From Macrostomum lignano (Eukaryota), in assembly GCA_002269645.1 (NCBI GenBank), contig NIVC01001095.1, forward strand, positions 297,117-361,116: a stretch of DNA of 64,000 nt. The letters run 5' to 3'. Positions 59,203 to 64,000 of the stretch are shown here, piece after piece (the first letter of the stretch is position 1; each line of letters opens with the position of its first letter). The notes under the pieces were generated by a model that did not search any database, was not told where the DNA came from, and saw only the letters and a program-made list of their open reading frames with translations. The position numbers and the translations under genes were made by a program.

Positions 59203-61149
59203 ATGCCGACCAAAAGCCGAAGCTGGTACAGCTCGCATCACCGCCAAGCAAGAGTACCTCAACAACCAAACAGTCGTCCACATGGCCAGCAGTACCAAGG
59301 TGTGCGTTCGGCTGTGAGGCGACTATCTCCAGAACATGGCCGGCAGTTTGATCGCCAGCGTGACGGCGATGTCAGATCTAGAAGCCGCCATCGCCAAAGA
59401 GACCGCGCTACGCAGGACAGGACGGGCGGCGACCGGCAACAACGTCGGAATGCAGGTGGGTCGCTGACAACCGCCGCGTCCGGAGTCGCCCGCCAAGTCA
59501 AACAGCTGTTTCGTGCTGCTCACCACCTGGAAAATTGGCAGGTGACACCATCTTCGATCCGACTAAAGTCTCAGCAGCTGAAAACACTAATCAGGCCTGC
59601 AGTGCCCACGGAATCGACAAAATCGCGGATTGCTGAGAACGCCGATCAGTGGGAAGTCAGCACGCTAGACACAATGCAGAGCCATTATGAGATCAGCATC
59701 CATCATCTAGCTGCTGAACTTCTGGAAGCCAGGAAGGACGCTGACCCTTCTGATTGGGAAACCGGCTGGCAAGTCGGTTTTCACTGGGCGGCGAAGGACC
59801 TCGGCAGAAGATTCAGCTACAGCCCTGATCTGCTGCAATACCGGCTGAAAAAAATGTCCATCGAGCTGAAGGTACCTGAATTTACTGCTAACAAAGGTAG
59901 GACTATCTCTTCTTTTGATACTGTGATTGTAAGCAACCAAACCACCAGCTCTATGGGGGTTCCCGTTTCAAACCTCTTGTCTGGGGTGGTGGGTTCGAAT
60001 CAACCCCACCAAGCCGCCAGCCCTGTGACAACTGAGCAGGGGAGGGAGCAACCAGCAGGGAATCGTCCCTCCAGCCCTTCAACGGGCATGGAAGAATCTC
60101 CCGACTGGCGAGGCTTTAACGAGGAACCGAGCATGCTAAGCCATACGGACGAGGACAACCAAGCTTGCCCGCCGATTTTTCCGACAGAAGAGCCGCCTGA
60201 AGGGCTCAATTCGCAAATGCAGGGTCCAGTTGCCTGTGACCAGGGGCTGGACACGGGGGTGGTCTGTGACCAGACACCTCCACCTGCAAACTCCATTGCT
60301 GCTGATCAAAACGAATCAGCTATTTCAATACCTGCCATCTTGACTTCGAGTCGTCAACAGCAGAGTCAAGTCGCCTGTGACCAGGGGCTTGACACGGGGG
60401 TGGTCTGTGACCAGACATCCCCAGCTGCTGCTAATAGCAACAACATCGATGCCAGCCAAGCTGACTCTTTCGTGTCTTTTGCGACACCCACCGACAACGT
60501 TGCATTTTTACAGAGTAGATTTGCTTGCGCTGAGCCACCCAGGCTTGCCAGTGACAGCAATAGGGACAGTCTTGAGCTGACCCCTCCTCGATCGGCACTT
60601 GCTCAACCAAGCCAGATTAACGTCCATAGGGGACTTAAGAAAGACTGGAAACTGACCCCTATCGAAAAGTCAACGATCGCGATCGGCGATGAGAGTCTCT
60701 CTGAGCCCGGGCAAGCGCACCCAGATGTACAATTTGAAATTTTTCCGAATCTACGCGCTGAGAACCTAATCAGGGTGCTGCGTGAGCAGTTGAAAAGCCC
60801 TAGCTCAGCTGTCAAAGCGGTCATTCTCTTCCCTTGTGGTCATGACCTGTCGAGACAATTTGAAGGTGTCCTCGACAAACAGCTCACGACAATCGTGAAT
60901 CATTGTCGCAAGGCCTTTCCAGAGGCAAACATCTACACACTTGACTCAGTGGTGGATGCCGAGGCAACGGACAGCGTCCGAAGCAATGTGGAAAAATTGA
61001 ACCGCCATGCCCAGAATCTCAACCAGAAGGGGCACATGTCACTACCCAGACAGGGTTTGACCTTCCTGTCAGACAAGGTCACACTATCTGACCAATCGGC
61101 CTTGGAGGTCTTCAGGATTGTCTATGGCAAAGTACAAAAAAACTTGTAG
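59203..61149 (+). CDS. PLE ORF1, copy 2, 648 aa: Arg-rich N-terminus, helical domain, disordered linker, degenerate SGNH-hydrolase-like C-terminus
   Basis: Open from ATG 59203. TIAIGDES, FPNLRAENL, VILFPCGHDL and FPEANIY resemble SGNH blocks I-III with substitutions (by eye). Confidence 0.85.
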   Translation: MPTKSRSWYSSHHRQARVPQQPNSRPHGQQYQGVRSAVRRLSPEHGRQFDRQRDGDVRSRSRHRQRDRATQDRTGGDRQQRRNAGGSLTTAASGVARQVKQLFRAAHHLENWQVTPSSIRLKSQQLKTLIRPAVPTESTKSRIAENADQWEVSTLDTMQSHYEISIHHLAAELLEARKDADPSDWETGWQVGFHWAAKDLGRRFSYSPDLLQYRLKKMSIELKVPEFTANKGRTISSFDTVIVSNQTTSSMGVPVSNLLSGVVGSNQPHQAASPVTTEQGREQPAGNRPSSPSTGMEESPDWRGFNEEPSMLSHTDEDNQACPPIFPTEEPPEGLNSQMQGPVACDQGLDTGVVCDQTPPPANSIAADQNESAISIPAILTSSRQQQSQVACDQGLDTGVVCDQTSPAAANSNNIDASQADSFVSFATPTDNVAFLQSRFACAEPPRLASDSNRDSLELTPPRSALAQPSQINVHRGLKKDWKLTPIEKSTIAIGDESLSEPGQAHPDVQFEIFPNLRAENLIRVLREQLKSPSSAVKAVILFPCGHDLSRQFEGVLDKQLTTIVNHCRKAFPEANIYTLDSVVDAEATDSVRSNVEKLNRHAQNLNQKGHMSLPRQGLTFLSDKVTLSDQSALEVFRIVYGKVQKNL

Positions 61150-61178
61150 GTTTTAGGAATGCGGCTAGCAACCAAGTC

Positions 61179-63419
61179 TTGAACTTATCGAATTATCGTC
61201 TTTCTGACTGCGAAACCGAAATTTTAGGAATGGGGAAGAACTTTGTGCCAGCCCCAATTGTTATGGGGTCCAGCGTCCTTTCTGACTCCATCAAGGTTTT
61301 CAAGCAGAGAATAGTTCTTAACTCCCTGCTTCAGCGTCGCACGTGTGCTTTCACCCCGCGCATCCCTTATACTGGCCGAGCTTCGATCCCCAACATCAAC
61401 TTGGACAAGTGGCGCTCTCACAGAGACCTTTTTGAAAGCCTTGACAGGATTAGAATTCCAAGAATCATACACAACAAGCCAAACCTTCAGGAGCAGCAGA
61501 GAATGGCACTGAAGACTCTTCGAGACAATAGCAGTATCGTCATTAAACCTGCCGACAAGGGCAGCAATATGGTCGTTTTGAATCGAACAGATTACATACT
61601 GGAAGCTAACAGGCAGCTCTCCAACAGGACCTTCTACCAACCCCTTGACACTGCAATGAGCGCCCAGACCAGTGCCATTATCAAAGCCATTTTTCAAGAT
61701 CTTAAAGAAGAAAAGATAATTACTAATCATCAATACTCGCAACTGATTCCGCCAACTATTCCAAGAGATCGAATTTTTTACCTTTTGCCAAAAATCCATA
61801 AGGATCCCGAAGAATGGCCTACTCCTGGAGTGCCTCCTGGGAGACCCATTGTCTCGGACTGCAGCTCGGAAAGCTACATGAGCGCCAAATTTATCGATCT
61901 CTTCCTACAGCCGATCGCTAAGGAACAAGACTCCTTCATCCGAGACACGGACCACTTTCAAGCGGCTATTAATGATTTGATTTTTGAAAAAGACGAAAAT
62001 GTCTTTCTGGTTACAATGGATGTTGAATCCCTGTACACCAATATTCCCACTGATAAGGGGATGGACGCCATTAGAGATGCCTTTCAAACATTTCCCCAAA
62101 CCTCAAGGCCAGATAACCATCTTCTTGCGCTCCTGGACATTAACTTGAACAAAAATGATTTTGTTTTCAACGACACGCGCTACCTTCAAATCAAAGGCAC
62201 AAGCATGGGAAAGGCCTTTGCGCCATCCTACGCCAACATATTTATGTCTGCCTGGGAATCCAAAGCTTTAGAAACTGCTCCGTTTACCCCTCGTTTCTTC
62301 AAGCGCTACATTGACGACATTTTTATGGTCTTCGTCGGCACTGAAGACGAACTAAAGGAGATGCACAAGCATCTGAATGAGTTCGATTGCAACATCCGAC
62401 TCACGATGCAATACAGCAAAGAGAAGGTTCACTTCCTGGACTGCTGTGTCAGTCTGACTGACGAAGGCAACAACAAGAGACTTTCGTGCTCAATCTACTT
62501 CAAACCCACCGATTCACGCCAGCTTTTAAATCCGGGGTCTTTTCACCCAAAGCACACTTTCAAAGGTATACTGAAATCTCAGTTCCTCCGTTACGCTCGC
62601 CGTTGCACATTTAAAGAAGACTTCGATGAGGCCAGCAGCAGCTTAACAAGCATCCTGAAGAAACAAGGATATTCTGTCCGCTTAATCAGGGATTCTAAAA
62701 AATCTGCCCTCATCCAGCTGGGCCTCTACATTGATGGTCGGTGGGAGTTCGGCTTCCAGGATTGTGGCAATCTAAGCTGCCGTCCTTGCAGAGAGCACGG
62801 GCATTTTGGCCAAGTTTGTTTAGGGTCCAGCGCTACAAAAATGATTTACAAAATTTGTCAAAAAGTCCGCTGTGACTCCAGGAATGTGGTGTATGCCATT
62901 CTGTGCAAGACTTGCAATGACCGCTGTATCTACGTAGGTGAGACTGGAGGCGCTCTTAAAGTCAGACTTCAGGCTCACCTGAGCGACATCAGACTGGCTA
63001 AGGACACCCCAATCTCCAGGCACTTTCGGTCACCAAACCACAGTATTCAGGACCTCCGCTTTATGGGTCTGTGGTACCTCAGTACTGAGTGCCTGACCAC
63101 TAAAGAGGGTGCTCAACGCAGGCGGAGGAATATGGAGCAGAAGCTCATCGCTTTACTACAGACCCAGACTCCAGCAGGCTTAAACACCGTCATCACTGAA
63201 AAAGACGCCTGCATCCCAATAGTGATCCCTTTCACGGACCACTCTGGGCGAATTGTTCATCAAATTCGCACGGCCATTTCGAACCACGCTGCAGAGCTGG
63301 ATACGGTGGCTGCCTATACTCGCTCACGCTCATTAAAGGACATTCTATGTCCATCCAATCTGCCCGCCGTAACTAATGGTCAGGCCCGAAACTCAAACCT
63401 CTTTTCAGTTGAGCACTAG
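61179..63419 (+). CDS. PLE ORF2, copy 2 (RT and GIY-YIG); frame open from 61092, no ATG before the conserved VLNLS motif
   Basis: Translation identical to copy 1. Confidence 0.95.
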   Translation: MNLSNYRLSDCETEILGMGKNFVPAPIVMGSSVLSDSIKVFKQRIVLNSLLQRRTCAFTPRIPYTGRASIPNINLDKWRSHRDLFESLDRIRIPRIIHNKPNLQEQQRMALKTLRDNSSIVIKPADKGSNMVVLNRTDYILEANRQLSNRTFYQPLDTAMSAQTSAIIKAIFQDLKEEKIITNHQYSQLIPPTIPRDRIFYLLPKIHKDPEEWPTPGVPPGRPIVSDCSSESYMSAKFIDLFLQPIAKEQDSFIRDTDHFQAAINDLIFEKDENVFLVTMDVESLYTNIPTDKGMDAIRDAFQTFPQTSRPDNHLLALLDINLNKNDFVFNDTRYLQIKGTSMGKAFAPSYANIFMSAWESKALETAPFTPRFFKRYIDDIFMVFVGTEDELKEMHKHLNEFDCNIRLTMQYSKEKVHFLDCCVSLTDEGNNKRLSCSIYFKPTDSRQLLNPGSFHPKHTFKGILKSQFLRYARRCTFKEDFDEASSSLTSILKKQGYSVRLIRDSKKSALIQLGLYIDGRWEFGFQDCGNLSCRPCREHGHFGQVCLGSSATKMIYKICQKVRCDSRNVVYAILCKTCNDRCIYVGETGGALKVRLQAHLSDIRLAKDTPISRHFRSPNHSIQDLRFMGLWYLSTECLTTKEGAQRRRRNMEQKLIALLQTQTPAGLNTVITEKDACIPIVIPFTDHSGRIVHQIRTAISNHAAELDTVAAYTRSRSLKDILCPSNLPAVTNGQARNSNLFSVEH

Positions 63420-63559
63420 ATGTACAGATGTACACACGCGTTGCATCGTGCCCGCCAAACCATATTGATTATTTTATTTTATTCGCGTCTTTCTATACTC
63501 ACTATAAATATTTAACTCTGTTTTAATTTGCCCTTTTTTCACAGTTTTTTATTTACAAT

Positions 63560-63601
63560 ATACCCTGACGAAGACCCTGTTTAGGTCGAAAATTCGGTTA
63601 T
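63560..63601 (+). ncRNA. Minimal hammerhead ribozyme, second copy
   Basis: Identical to 59058-59099, offset by 4502. Confidence 0.82.
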
Positions 63602-64000
63602 TTTCTTAGAATTAAAGAAATTGTGAATTTGCTTCAACTGTGTGCGTGGTTTCATTTCGCATTATCTTCTCCCGGGACCAGTGAAGCAATCTCACAGTTT
63701 CCCTATGCCGACCAAAAGCCGAAGCTGGTACAGCTCGCATCACCGCCAAGCAAGAGTACCTCAACAACCAAACAGTCGTCCACATGGCCAGCAGTACCAA
63801 GGTGTGCGTTCGGCTGTGAGGCGACTATCTCCAGAACATGGCCGGCAGTTTGATCGCCAGCGTGACGGCGATGTCAGATCTAGAAGCCGCCATCGCCAAA
63901 GAGACCGCGCTACGCAGGACAGGACGGGCGGCGACCGGCAACAACGTCGGAATGCAGGTGGGTCGCTGACAACCGCCGCGTCCGGAGTCGCCCGCCAAGT

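Larger units (their letters stand above)
54707..64000 (+). mobile_element. Head-to-tail tandem array of a Penelope-like retroelement, 4502-bp period (two units plus the start of a third, running off the window)
   Basis: Sequence repeats with a 4502-bp offset (56677/61179, 59063/63565); RT followed by a GIY-YIG endonuclease. Confidence 0.96.

Noticed and set aside
61144-61160. Splice or trans-splice acceptors (TTGTAG, TTTTAG) as the way to start PLE ORF2
   Set aside because: An AUG-ending leader joined at 61150 or 61157, and the nearby ATG at 61159, are all out of frame with ORF2 and hit stops quickly. Cis-splicing from an unseen donor remains formally possible.

Overview
Eukaryotic (invertebrate metazoan) genomic DNA: spliceosomal GT-AG introns, intron-containing tRNA genes, abundant micro/minisatellites, SINEs and retroelements. 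The look is consistent with a free-living flatworm such as Macrostomum, but this is inference only. Exon chains were rebuilt by hand and checked for phase. Genes: a terminal death-domain exon, two TTLL10-like tubulin ligase paralogues (+), a mollusc-type insulin-like peptide with 10 Cys (-), a two-domain three-finger/Ly6 GPI-type protein (-), an MFSD4-like transporter (-), NAPE-PLD (+) and three tRNA-Tyr(GTA) genes. Mobile DNA: a deleted Tc1/IS630-type element with IR/DR ends, a defective mariner, a decayed LINE RT, a decayed I-group LINE carrying a 2A 'StopGo' peptide and PHD fingers, two tRNA-derived SINE families (one with a MIR-like CORE) and a probable Helentron-associated element. The most striking system is at 54.7-64 kb: near-identical 4502-bp tandem Penelope-like units. 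Each encodes a long ORF1 with a degenerate SGNH-like C-terminus, joined to the RT/GIY-YIG ORF2 by an apparent -1 ribosomal frameshift site (A AAA AAC), and units are separated by a minimal hammerhead ribozyme.
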